This document shows, one piece after another, positions 1 to 12,959 of a stretch of 64,000 nt of DNA. The stretch spans positions 31,792,468 through 31,856,467 of the forward strand of contig NC_083440.1 of the NCBI RefSeq assembly GCF_020745735.1, given 5' to 3'. The position numbers were made by a program, and so were the translations under genes. Source of the stretch: Hemiscyllium ocellatum. Its lineage: Eukaryota. The stretch's first letter is position 1, and every line of letters starts with the position of its first letter. The notes beneath the pieces are model-generated. The model made no database searches and was not told the DNA's origin. It was given only the letters and a program-made list of their open reading frames with translations.

Positions 1-1784
1 AGAGGTAATTACTTTAGACAGAAGTTGGCTTGTGTGTGGGAAGAACTTTCTGAGGAAGTGGTGAAAGCAGGGACAGTTACAACATTTAAAGGACATTTTG
101 ATCAGTACATGGATAAGACATCAGTTTGGATGGTGCTGTGAGTAGCTGCCCTCTCCCTCTCCCTCTCTGAATAAATCCCTGTTGGTTTTCTCCCTCTGCC
201 AATGGCATGTGGAGGCCAGCAGAGGGGGGCATTGCATCACTTTAAGCACCACAGAGACTGCCAGATCTGCCCCACACAGAGACACACAGATACACACACA
301 GGAATGGTTAGGGCACGGCGTGAAGCTCATCTGGTAATTTAACCTAAACATAAAGGAATGCTCAATTCGCCTCTTAAAGTGTTAAAATATGAGTGACAGA
401 GAACTCCCAAATTCCACTGATTAAATAAAAACATCAATTTATTTTTTAATTCTGAAAGTGAACATTTTACATCAACTATTCACAACTCTGAGACCCCCTT
501 TCTCTTAACTGCTTATTACCGATTCCAGCTCTATCGCAATATACTGTTTCTGGGTCTGCCATCCTCTCATATCTCAGGGGCTTGTGAGCGGTCAGTTCAG
601 AACAGCATTCACCCTCTTTTAAAGTTACAGTACACACTTTCAACTTCATCACATTATACCCTGATCAATATAGATAAGTGGAACCTATCCGGATTTCTCT
701 TGCTCCGTGGTTTGTCAATATTTCATTTGCTCCATCTGGTGTGTGTCAGGGCTTTTGTTTTTCTATTGACAGCATGTCATTATTCGACTCCGCCTGTGGG
801 AATATATCAGTATTTCACTTGCTCACACTCGTGAGTGTGTGGCAGGATTTCAGTTGTTTCATGGGGACTGTGGCGCTATAACAATCGCAATGTTTGTAGA
901 TGGCACCAAACCTGGAAGAACTCTGAAGTCTATGGAGGACAGTGTGGAACTCTAACAGGACAATCTCACATTGATGTAGTGTTCAGGTCTATGGCAGATG
1001 GGGATCAATGCAGAGCAGTGTGAGGTGATGCACTTTAGTAGGAAAGACAATGAAAGACAGTTTAAAACAGGCTGTACCGTTATAAAGGGGGTGCAGGAGG
1101 AGAGGGCGCTGGGTGTATATGAGCACAGATTGTTGAAGATGTCAGGACAAGGGGAAGAGCAGTAACTATCGCAGATTACTTTCAGTATCTGAGCTGTTTA
1201 GAGGAGGAAGTATAGGAGGGAGTCTCGGTGCTCCCTTCCTGGGAGGTGGTGGTGTGTTGTGAGCCCACCCTCCTGCCCACCGAGACCGTGGGGATTCCAT
1301 TTGTACCACTCTACAGAAAAGGGGGATGGAATCAGGGCCAAGGCTTCTAAGTTGTGCCGGGGGGAAACCGGAACTGCCAGTGGGTTTAAAGTGAGAATTG
1401 CCCTTCACTGAACATTGCTCCTTACTTGGTCGGTGGGACGTGGATGTTTCAGAATCTCCACATGAGGCGTCCAGGTCCTCTCCGGCTCCAACCAGGGTCC
1501 TCCCCACATGGCGGTGGGGAGGGGGGTGAGAGAACGGATATCGGGCACTCCACCAACTGGCTTGGCCCTTTCTGCCCTATTCCAGGCTGTTTCTCCTGGA
1601 ATGGGAGAAAGGGAGAGAGAGAGGGTGGGGATGGGTGGCCTTGCTGTTAGTGCTGGTGTAGGTGGGGGACAGGTTCATGGTGAGGTGTCCGGAGGGAGTC
1701 AGTCCACAGTGTTGTATCCATGCAGTGTTATTAATATGGGGGGTGTAGTGGAGGGAAGGAGAGGGAGGGAGCGAGAGGTGGGGG

Positions 1785-1835
1785 GGAGAGAGAGAGAGAG
1801 AGAGAGAGAAAGGGAGAGAGAGGGGAGAGAGAGAG
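1785..1835 (+). repeat. Interrupted (GA)n microsatellite
   Basis: Direct reading. Confidence 0.9.
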
Positions 1836-3254
1836 AAGATGCTGCATGCAGCAGTGAGAGTGGTGAAGCATGAGCCTTGTGCGGGGATCGGTGCTATAAC
1901 AGATAGACAGTGAGTGTGAGGGAGCAGAGAGAATACGGTGACCCTTATCCTGACAGAGCGGGGAAGGTTATTGATGCTCGTCCTGTATTTCTGGACATTT
2001 CCTCAGACCGCAGATACTGCACTGGTGGTGAGCTCAGACCATTCTCGGTGGGTCTGGTGGTGTGGTCCCCTCTGGGAAGAGAGTGGTCCCCCTCTATACC
2101 AGCCCATCCACCAGGTCCTCCGTGCCCCTGTCGACAAACCGTGGTGTAATTGCCCCTTATCTGTCATGCTCGGGGTAAACTGTACAGGGCAGCTCCTAAC
2201 GGAGAAAGCTCAAACATGTGCCCATTGGCCTTTTAAAGATGGCACGAGTGTGAGGGATCACGTAATATCCAGGGGTACCTGGGCGATGGTGAATACCTCC
2301 AGCCATGATGGGTGGGAGAATCAGGCTGGCATTGAATGACAGGGACACCATGTGGTGGGGAGTTAATGAGGTGAGTTCGATAAGATAGCACCAGGAAACT
2401 AGCTCAGCTTCAGCAGATAATCCCTCTGTCACACTCAAGGAAACTCAAACAAAGATAAATTATTGTTAGAATCTGCCCAATGAGTCATAGATTCTGTTGA
2501 AACCAATTCCAGTTACAAAGATGCAGAACAAATGCTCATCTGACCTCACACCAATATCCCTTTTTCCCATCTTTGCTGGGAAGACAGGCTCATGTTAGAG
2601 GATGTTATTGAAGTGTCTACATTTCAGCATTCTGAAACCTGGGAACACATCCTTCTATGTCCCTGTCCCTCAGTCTCCCCCTCTCTGCCTATACCCCAAA
2701 CCCATCCCATGTGGTGGTATTTAAACTGATTCCCCCGCCATCTCTCTCTGGCAGTGATGTTCACACTCACAGCACCCCCTTGTTATGGCACAATGGGGAT
2801 ATGGAGCTGTGAATGGATAGGAGCTACACATCCTGTCACTTCCAGCATGGGCTGCAAGTTTCCCTGCGCTGGGCAGTGATCTAACACAGTGTTACTGAGC
2901 CATGCACTGGGGTGGTGTACACAGCCCTACATGCTGGGAGGGTAACTGCTCCTGGTTTACAGATGAATTCATGGGTGATCACTGCACGGGTCACTGTGCT
3001 GGTCAGACTCTCTGGTTGAGGTCTATAGATAATGCAATGATGTGGTCAGTGCAGCTCCCAGTGCTGGACAGGTATGTGACCATGTACATCAGGTTGGTGG
3101 GTGGATAGGGGGAAAGGTGATGGACAGGTCAAGGAGTTTCCGGGGACATTCTGTCCCCGACATTCTCTAACTGACATTCCCCGGAATGTTCTGTCCCCGA
3201 CATTGTTTGTGAATGGCCGAACGTCAGTGAACTCTGAGCTCAAAAACTGCATGA

Positions 3255-3648
3255 AGTTATGTAAAACTCTGTTATCTCACTTTTTAGATTAGAATCAATC
3301 TAAACATCAGGTCATAGACAGAGAACACAGGGGGCCAACACCTTCAACATATTGTCTAGCTATCACCATTGTTAGCAGCTAACCTGAGAATGCATCTTTT
3401 AAAAAAAGGGTTTTGTGATTTACACATGCAAGTGAAACTATCACTGTATTCTAACAGATGAAAGGCTTAACAGACAATCAATTTTTCAATGTATAATTTC
3501 AGTTACATCACACTGCGAACTTTTGCTATAAATTCTGTGTTACGATCAAGCCCTCCACAATCACCTGATGAAGGACTGTCGCTCCGAAAGTTAGTGTGCT
3601 TCCAATTAAACCTGTTGGACTATAACCTGGTGTTGTGTGATTTTTAAC
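3255..3648 (+). mobile_element. Family 2 element, longer one-sided copy ending in a hammerhead-like motif
   Basis: 3' part CACCTGATGAAGG...CCGAAAG...CCAATTAAACCTGTTGGACTATAACCTGG matches 62160-62243. A minus-strand relative lies at ~30092-30237. Confidence 0.7.
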
Positions 3649-4136
3649 AGGGAGGAGACACTGTTCCGAAGGCCCCTCTGACAGTTAAAGGGATGAATAG
3701 ATTTCCCTGCATTTACATTTCTTCACATCACATGATCGACCACAATTTAGACCAAAATACAGAAATTCCCAAACTCTGTTTGTCTTCAGGAAACTGGGAG
3801 AGAATCCTTCAGAACAGCAACGTTTCCACCCTCCGTATTCGGAACTGTGAAGGACTGACCTGTGTCTGCTCTAGAGTGATCGAGTGCGTGGGATTGTACA
3901 AGAAACCATATGTCCTTATGAATGTGTCTCTGTGTGTCTGGGGAGGGAGGGTTTCTTATGGTTTATGTCAAAGTTTTGTCAATAATTCAGATCTTCCCAT
4001 TTGTTATTCCAGTTCCAATTATTTTAATAAATCCCTGAATACAGGGACACATTTGAAAATCTCACTGGGTCCCCAATCAAACGGGTCTCTTTGCCTCCAG
4101 GCTGATGGATAATGGGTTTGTTTTCCTTCCTCACAG

Positions 4137-5044
4137 TTAACGTAGTGACCATCTACGTCCTGCTTTATAAAGATTGTGGATTGTCTCCATGTGTCAGACG
4201 TTACCTGGGGGCCATGGCAGCGGCGGATCTCCTGGTCATTATCCTCGACCTGATCCTGAGACACATTCCCATTGTTTATAAGGGACTGTTTTATTTCCTG
4301 TACTCCGTCCCCGTGTGTAATATCCACGCCGTCCTCATTTATGCAGCCACTGACTGCTCTGTCTGGTTCACTGTCACTTTCACCTTTGATCGGTTTGTGG
4401 CCATTTGTTTCCAGAAGCTGAAAAGTAAATATTGCAGTGAGAAAACGGCGGCTGTGGTTCTGGGAGCAGTGACTGTGCTGAGCTGTTTAAAGAACATTTC
4501 CTGGTATTTTATGCTCACGGCTCAGTATCGGCTGTGGAACGGCCCCTGGTTTTGTGAGGTAACAGTCACTGTTGCACGCTCCAGTGTCTGGGTCACAATC
4601 GAGTTCCTCCACCACATTCTAACCCCGGGTGTCCCATTTCTCCTGATTCTGCTGTTCAATGTTCTCACCGTCAGACACATTTTAGTGACCAGCAGAGCCC
4701 GCAGGAGACTCCGCGCTCACACCAATAAGGACGCTCAGTCTGACACAGAAATGAGAAACCGAAAAAAATCCATCATTTTACTGTTTGTGATCTCGGCCAA
4801 TTTCATCCTGTTATGGTCAACGTTCATGCTGTATTCTATATGGAAACGGATGTGGTGGATTGGGTATCAGTCTGTGAATCTCCATCGCTTTGTGCAGGAA
4901 TTGGGCTTCATGCTGCAGCTCCTCAGTTGCTGCACAAACACCGCGATTTATGCCGTGACCCAGGCTAAGTTCAGGCAGCAGCTGAAGAATGTGCTGAAAT
5001 ATCCCTTCACCCAAATCCATCCATCCATCAAATTCCCTCATTAA
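4137..5044 (+). CDS. Class A GPCR, GPR139/GPR142-like (shark-expanded family), main coding exon
   Basis: Open frame with AMAAADLLV (TM2), FDRFVAIC (DRY-like), TPGVPFLLILLFN (TM5) and CCTNTAIY (NPxxY-like). Acceptor ttttccttcctcacag|TT at 4137 suggests an upstream exon that I could not identify. AATAAA at 5248-5253. Confidence 0.85.
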
Positions 5045-6009
5045 TTAATCCATCCGGGATTTTCTCATTTCAGTCCAGTGTTTCAGTGATGGAGCAGCCT
5101 GTCGCTATGGTAACAGACTGAGGGTAGCACTGGTTTGTCCATCCTTATCCCACAGGGGGGTGACAGGAAAACATTTCAATGTTTCTCACAACTCAGGGGC
5201 CAGTGAGAAAAGGTACCTGACTGTATCCATCACTTCCATTTGTAAACAATAAAAATGTTGATTAAAGCTTGCCGAGCAGCAGAGTGACCGATGTTGGTGT
5301 GTGTCTTTGTATTGGAGAAGCTGAGCTGGAGAGAGACAGACTCAACCCCAAGTCATGGTCCTCAGGGAAGGGGAGTCCACCGCGCCCTGAGCTCAGGAGC
5401 TGGGTTTAACTCCCCCGTCCTTACCTTCACCTCTGGGTCTCCCACTCCAACTTGGCTCTCAGCAGAATTCACCTTGCTCCCTTTGTTCTTCTCCCTCCAC
5501 ATATCCCTCCCACTCTCACACTGCACTGTTATTTCTCTCTCCTTTTCCCATTACACACACAATTCCATTCTCCTTGCCTTCCCCAATCTCATCCACTCTC
5601 TCTCCATCTTGCGATCGTAACCTCCCAATGTTCCTCGAATAACCTCCCAATAACCTTCCTCGAACCCTTCGGTGCTGGGGGATCAGAAGAGGTTTGCCAA
5701 TCTTCAGGCTGATGTTAGGGAACAGAGATTGGGACAGCATGTCAGGCCATTGCTCGAGCAACAGTATGGAGCTCGGGCCAAACGCCATTGCTCAGGGATA
5801 TAGTGGGTGTGGGAACATGAGCCGTTACTAGGGGTAACAGGTGGAGGGACACCATAGGCTGCGGCTGAGACTGGTACAGCAGGATATCATAAACAGAACA
5901 CATTGTGTGGGACAGACTGTCTGTTATGCAGGGAATAGAATGGGGATGGGGTTAAATGCCATTCAGAGGGAATCAACTGGGTCGGTGTTCACAGACAGGA
6001 GCTTAGTTT

Positions 6010-7040
6010 AAGGTGTGTGAGGAGTGTGATGGTGGGAGACTGCGTGGATATGTGAGTGTGATGCTGGGGGAGTATGCGAGGGAGTGAGCCTGATGGTGGG
6101 GGAGAATGTGGGGAAGTGAGAGTGATGATGGGGAATGTGTGCAGGGAAGTGAAGGGGACAATGGCAGTGTGCGAGGGAGTGAGCCTGATGGTAGGGAAAT
6201 ATATGGGGAGAGAGAGTGACAGTGGGGGCATGTACAGGGGAGTGAACGGGACAATGGGAATGTGTGGGAGAGTGAGCATGATGGTGGGGGAGTGCACGGG
6301 GTCTGAGAATCAGGGTGGGGCTGTGTGTGGGGAGTGAGCGATACAGTAGGGGAGAGAGTGTTTGAGTGAGTATCCATAGTGAGGCTTTGTGCAGGATGAG
6401 TAGCATGACAGTGGGGCATTGTGTGGTGGAGTGAGTGTGATGATGGGCGAACGTGCGGGAGAGTGAACGTGACGGTAGGAGAGTGCGGGAAGAATGGTGG
6501 AGTGTGTGGGGGTGAGCGTCATGGTGGGGGTGGTGTGGGGCAGTGTGTGAGATGGTGGTGGAGTGTGTGGGGGTGAGCGTCACGGTGGTGTGGTGTGGGA
6601 CAATGTGTGTGATGGTGGTGGAGTGTGTGGGTGTGAGCGTGATGGTGAGGGTGGTGTGGCGTAGTGTGTGTGATGGTGGTGGAGTGTGTGGGGGTGAGCG
6701 TGACAGTGGGGGTGGTGTGGGGCAATGTGTGTGAGGGTGGTGGAGTGTGTGGGGTGAGCGTGATGGTGAGGGTGGTGTGAGGTAGTGGGTGTGATGGAGG
6801 TGGAGTGTGTGGGGGTGAGCGTGACAGTGGGGGTGGTGTGGGGCTGTGTGCGTGAGGGTGGTGGAGTGTGTGGTGGTGAGCGTGATGGTGTGGGTGGTGT
6901 GGGGCAGTGTGTGTAATGGTAGTGGAGTGTGTGGGGGTCAGCGTGACAGTGGGGGTGGTGTGAGGGAGTGTGTGTGAGGGTAGTGCAGTGTGTGGGAGTG
7001 AGTGTGACAGTGGGGATGGTGTGGGGGAGTGTGTGTGATG
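6010..7040 (+). repeat. G/T-rich degenerate tandem repeat, ~60-61 bp period in its regular part
   Basis: Units such as GATGGTGGTGGAGTGTGTGGGGGTGAGCGT...GTGTGT recur at 6551, 6611 and 6672. More degenerate toward 6010. Confidence 0.85.
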
Positions 7041-10000
7041 GTGGTGGAGTGAGTGTGAGGGGGTCAGGGTGACGGTGATCGAGTGAGTATGAGGGGGTCA
7101 GGGTGACAGTGATCGAGTGAGTGTGAGAGGGTCATGCTGACGGGATGGAGTGAGTGTGAGGGGGTCAATGTGGTAGTGAACGAGTGAGTGTGAGGGCCTC
7201 AGGGTGCCGGTGATAGAGTGAGTGTGAGGGGGTGAGTGTGATTGTGATGGAGTGAGTGTGAGGGGGTCAATGTGGTAGTGAACGAGTGAGTGTGAGGGCC
7301 TCAGGGTGCCGGTGATAGAGTGAGTGTGAGGGGGTGAGTGTGATTGTGATGGAGTGAGTGTGAGAAGGTCAGGGTGACGGTGATGGAGTGGGTGTGAGAG
7401 GGTCAGGGTGACAGTGACACAGTAAGCGTGAGGGGGTCAGGTTAATATGACGCAGCAAGTCTGAGGGGTCAGGATGAAAGTGACGCACTTAATCACTGTC
7501 TCCCTGACCTGCCCACATTCACGCCACCACGGTCACCCTGACAACCTCGCACTCACTCCATCACAGTCACACAGATCCCCTCACTCTCACTCCATCAATG
7601 TCACAATGACCCCCTCACACTCACTCCATCACCGTCACCCCGACCCCTTCACACTCGCTCCATCACTGTCACCCTGACACCTTCACACTCACTCCATCAC
7701 CGTCACCCTAACCCCGTCACACTCACTCCATCACCGTCACCCTAACCCCGTCACACTCACGCCATCACCGTCACCAACACAATCACTACATCACTTTCAC
7801 CCTGATGCCCTCATACTCACAGCGTCACGGTCACTCTGACCCCCTCACACTCACTCTATCACGGTCACCCTGACCCCCTCACACGCACACCATCATCGTC
7901 ACCCTGACCCGCACACATTCACTCAATCACCGTCACACTGTCCCTCTCACAAGGTGACGATGATGGAGTAAGTGTGAGGGGTCAGGGTGATGGTGGTGGA
8001 GTGAGTGTGAGAGGGTCATGGTGATGGTGATGGAGTGAGTGTGAGGGGGTCAGGGTGACAGTGATGGAGTGAGAGTGAGGGGTTGGGGTGACGGTGATGG
8101 AGTGAGTGTGAGGGGGTCAGGGTGACAGTGATGGAGTGAGAGTGAGGAGGTTGGGGTGACAGTAATGGAGTGAGTGTGAGGGGATTGAGGTGACGGTGAT
8201 GGAGTGAGAGTGAGGGGGTTGGGGTGACGGTGATGGAGTGAGTGTGAGGGGGCCAGGGTGACGGTGATGGAGTGAGTGTGAGGGGTCGTTGTGACGGCGA
8301 TGGAGTGAGTGTGAGGGGCTCAGGGTGACAGTGATGGAGTGAGTATGCAGGGGTCAGGGTGACGGTGATGGAATGAGTGTGAGGGGGTCAGAGTGATGGT
8401 GTTGGAATGAGTGTGAGGGGGTCAGAGTGATGGTGTTGGAATGAGTGTGAGGGGGTTAGAGTGACAGTGATGGAGTGAGTATCAGTGAGTCTGGGTGATG
8501 GTGACAGACTGAGTGTGAGGAGGTCAGGGTGACAGTGATGGAGTGAGTGTGAGAGGGTCACGGTGACGGTGATGGAGTGAGTGTGAGGGGGTTAGGGTGA
8601 CGGTGATGGAGTGAGTATGCAGGGGTCAGGGTGAAGGTGATGTAGTGAGTGTGAGAGTGTTCAGGTGACGGTGATGGAGTGAGTGTGAGGGAGTCAGGGA
8701 GACCGTGATGGAGGGAATGTGAGAGGGTGAGTGTGATTATGATGGAGTGAGTGTGAGAGGATCAGGGTGACTATGATGTAGTGAGTGTGAGGGGGTCAGG
8801 GTGACGGTGATGGAGTGAGTGTGAGAGGGTTCGGGTGACGGTGATGGAGTGAGTGTGAGGGGGACATGGTGAAGTTGATGGAGTGAGTGTGAGCGGGTCA
8901 GGGTGACGGTGATGGAGTGAGTGTGAGGTTGTCAGTGTGACGGTGAAGAAGTGAGTGTGCAGGCATTGTGGTGACGGTGACTGAGTGAATGTGAGGGTGT
9001 CAGGTTGACGGTGATGGAGTGAGTATGAGGGGGTCAGGGTGACAGTTGTGGAGTGAGTATGAAGGTGTCAGGGTGATAGTAACACAGTAGGTCGGTGTGT
9101 CGGTGATGAAGTGAGTGTGAGTGGGTCAGGGTGATGTTGTATGGAATGAGTGCGAGGGGTTCAGGGTGATGGTGATGGAGTGAGTGTGAAGGGGTCAGGG
9201 TGACGGTGATGGAGTGAGTGTGATGGGATGAGGGTGACGGTGATGGAGTGAGTGTGAGGGTGTCAGAGTGATGGTGATGGAGTGAGTGTAAGGAGGTTGG
9301 GGTGACGTTGATGGAGTGAGTGTGAGGTTGTAAGGGTGATGGTGATGGAGTAATTGTGAGCTGGTCAGGGTGACGGTGATGGAGTGAGTGTGAGGGGATT
9401 GAGGTGACGGTGATGGAGTGAGTGTGAGGGAGCCAGGGTGACGGTGATGGAGTGAGTGTGAGGGGATTGAGGTGACGGTGATGGAGTGAGTGTGAGGGGG
9501 GCCAGGATGACGGTGATGGAGTGAGTGTTTGGTGGTCAGGGTGCTGGTGATGGAGTGAGTGTGAGGAGATCCGGGTGACTGTGATAGAGTGAGTGTGAGG
9601 GTGTCAGGGTGACAGTGATGGAGTGAGAGTGAGGGGGGTGGGGTGACGGTAATGGAGTGAGTGTTTGGTGGTCAGGGTGCTGGTGATGGAGTGAGTGTGA
9701 GGAGATCCGGGTGACTGTGATAGAGTGAGTGTGAGGGTGTCAGGATGATGGTGATGGAGTGAGTGTGAGGTTGTCAGGGTGACGGCGATGGAGTGAGTGT
9801 GAGGGTGTCAGAGTGACGGTGATAGGATTACATGTGAGGGGATCAGGGCGAGGGCGATGGAGTGACTGTGAGGCGGTCAGTGTGACGTTGATGAAGTGTG
9901 TGTGAGGGAGTTGAGGTGACGGTGATGAAGTGAGTGTGAGACTGTCAGGGTGACATAAGTGTGAGGGGTTCAGTGTGACGGTGATTGGGTGAGTGTGAGG

Positions 10001-12115
10001 GGGTCGGGGTGACGGAGGTGGAGTGAGTTTGAGGGTTTCAGGGTGACAGTGATGGAGTGAGTGTGAGGGGTTCAGTGTGACGGAGTGGGGTGAGTGTGAT
10101 GTGGTCAGGGTGAAGGTGTTGGAGTGAGTGTGAGGGGTTCAGGGTGATGGTGATGCAATGAGTGTGAGGGAGACAGTGTGTCGGTGATGGAGTGAGTGCA
10201 AGTGGTTCAGTGTGACGGTGATGGACTGAATCCGAGGAGTACAGAGAGACAGAGATGGAGTGAGTTTGAGGTGTTTAGAGTGACAGAGATGGAGTGAATG
10301 TGAGGGGGTCTGGGTGATGGTGATGTAGTGAGTGTGAGGGGGTCGGAGTGATGGTGATGGAGTGAGTGCGAGGGGGACTGGGTGTCGGAGATGGAGTGAG
10401 AGTGAGGGGGTCAGGATGATAGAAATTGAGTGAATGTAAGGGGGTTAGTGTGACAGTGTTGGTCTGAGTGTGAAAGAGGGTAATGGTGATGGGAATAGAG
10501 TGATTGTGAGGGGGCCAGGGTGACAGTGATGGAGTGAGAGTGAGGGGGGTGGGGTGACGGTGATGGAGTGAGTGTGAGGGGGTCAGGGTGACAGTGATGG
10601 AGTGAGTGTGAGGGGTCGTTGTGACGGTGATGGAGTGAGTGTGAGGGGCTCAGGGTGATGGTGATGGAGTGAGTGTGAGGGGTCACGGTGACGGTGATGG
10701 AGTGAGTGTGAGGAAGTCAGTGTAACAGTGATGGAGTGAATGTGAGCAGGTCAGGGTGACGGTGATGAAGTGAGTGTGAGACTGTCAGGGTGACATAAGT
10801 GTGAGGGGTTCAGTGTGACGGTGATTGGGTGAGTGTGAGGGGGTCGGGTTGACGGAGATGGAGTGAGTGTGAGGGTGTCAGAGTGACGGTGATAGGATTA
10901 CATGTGAGGGGATCAGGGCGAGGGCGATGGAGTGACTGTGAGGCGGTCAGTGTGACGTTGATGAAGTGTGTGTGAGGGAGTTGAGATGACGGTGATGGAG
11001 TGAGTGTGAAGAGGTCAGTGTGACAGTGATGGAGTGAATGTGAGCAGGTCAGGGTGACGGTGATGAAGTGAGTGTGAGACTGTCAGGGTGACATAAGTGT
11101 GAGGGGTTCAGTGTGACGGTGATTGGGTGAGTGTGAGGGGGTCGGGGTGACGGAGATGGAGTGAGTTTGAGGGTTTCAGGGTGACAGTGATGGAGTGAGT
11201 ATGAGGGGTTCAGTGTGACGGAGTGGGGTGAGTGTGATGGGGTCAGGGTGAAGGTGTTGGAGTGAGTGTGAGGGGTTCAGGGTGATGGTGATGCAATGAA
11301 TGAGAGGGAGACAGTGTGCCGGTGATGGAGTGAGTGCGAGTGGTTCAGGGTGACGGTGATGGACTGAATGCGAGGAGTACAGAGCGACAGAGATGGAGTG
11401 AGTTTGAGGGATTCAGAGTGACAGAGATGGAGTGAGTGTGAGGGGGTCAGAGTGATGGTGGTGGAGTGAGTGCGAGGGGGACTGGGTGTTGGTGATGGAG
11501 TGAGAGTGAGGGGGTCAGGATGATAGAGATTGAGTGAATGTAAGAGGGTTAGTATGACAGTGTTGGTCTGAGTGTGAGAGAGGGTAATGGTGATGGGAAT
11601 AGTGATTGTGAGGTTGTCAGGGTGACAGTAATGGAGTGAGTGTGAGGGGATTGAGGTGACGGTGATGGAGTGAGTGTGAGGGGGCCAGGGTGACAGTGAT
11701 GGAGTGAGAGTGAGGGGGTTGGGGTGAAGGTGATGGAGTGAGTGTGTGGCGGTAAGGGTGATGATGATGGAGTGAGTGTGAGGGGCTCAGGGTGATGGTG
11801 ATGGAGTGAGTGTGAGGGGGTCAGGGTGACGGTGATGGAGTGAGTGTGAGGGGCTCAGGATGAAAGTGATGGAGTGAGTGTGTGGGGGTTACTGAGACAG
11901 TGATGGAGTGAGTTTGAGGGGATCAGTGTGATTGTGATGGAGTGAGAGTGATGGGGTCAGGGTGACGATGATGGAGTGAGTGTGAGGGGGTCAAGTAGAA
12001 GGTGATGGAGTGAGTGTGAGGGGGTCAGTATGACGGTGATGGAGTGAGTCTGATGGGGTCAGTGTGACGCTGATTGGTTGAGTGTGAGGGTGTCAGGGTG
12101 ATGGTGATGGAGCCA
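7040..12115 (+). repeat. 34-bp G-rich minisatellite/satellite array with inverted internal block at ~7484-7951
   Basis: Consensus TGGAGTGAGTGTGAGGGGGTCAGGGTGACGGTGA repeated throughout. The reverse-complement form (CACACTCACTCCATCACCGTCACCCTGACCCC) occupies ~7484-7951. Confidence 0.95.
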
Positions 12116-12959
12116 GTGTATGTCACGTGGAGAGTGAGAGTTTGTGTGTGGAGCAGATTGGGAGACTGTGCATCAGTGTACGTATCGGGGAGAGTGAGAG
12201 TATGTGCTTATCCAGTCGAAAATACAGACAGATCCAGCAAATCTCTTTTCCCACACTCACTCACTTCGTGGTTTCAGACCTTCCCCTCTCTGCAGCCTCT
12301 GCTCCATTTGTTGTTCTAGTGACAGACCCAGAAGCTGTAACTACAGTCCCCATGCTCCATCCAACGTTGATTCACCAAATCCTCCAGTCTCCCTGAATGA
12401 CTGAGGCTGGTCACAGCACAACCTCCAGCAAACCATCCCCAGCAACTCCACTAACTTTTCAATAGCAGGAGTCATTCAGAAAGTCCTCTGCTACAAGTTA
12501 GATGCCTGTTCCTTTACAATTATACTCCAGGATTTAACTCGTGTTACTGACTGCACGATCAACTGAGAGAGACAGGCACATACCAAGTTTCAAACACGTG
12601 AGTCAAAGCTCCTGGAACACCCCTGTCCATGGAGCACCACATGGGACACATCGAGAAGTGGCCTGACACACACCACAAAGTTTCTGAGCTTCACAATGCC
12701 AGCACTCGATGCACGAGGGATTCAAAACTTAAGGCCAGAGAAAGATACAGAAAAAAACCAAATAATTTATTAATTGATAACTTGCTGAAAACATGGAGAA
12801 GGAGATGGGGGAATCGGAATAACGGGATAAGAGAGACAATGGTGGGTCCAATGCTAAGAAAGCAAACATTGAATGGAGGCATTGCCAAATCTGCTAGAAC
12901 GGTCCATTCCCTCAAATTCTGAACTGGGGTAAGGTAATGGCTCAGATGGAGAGCTGTGC

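Noticed and set aside
4112-4136. ATG at 4112 as the GPCR start
   Set aside because: It lies in a polypyrimidine tract before a strong acceptor and would leave TM1 incomplete, so it is more likely intronic.
5989-12115. His/Pro/Thr-rich and Val/Gly-rich ORFs in the satellite
   Set aside because: They are translation artefacts of a stop-poor tandem repeat and occur in several frames on both strands.
7040-12115. CRISPR array or Ig switch region
   Set aside because: The units are contiguous with no unique spacers and the genome is eukaryotic. The array is ~36 kb downstream of the IgM TM exons and I saw no AGCT enrichment.
12200-12470. Minus-strand segment with a GTGAGT donor and a short coiled-coil-like translation
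   Set aside because: It has in-frame stops and no recognisable family.
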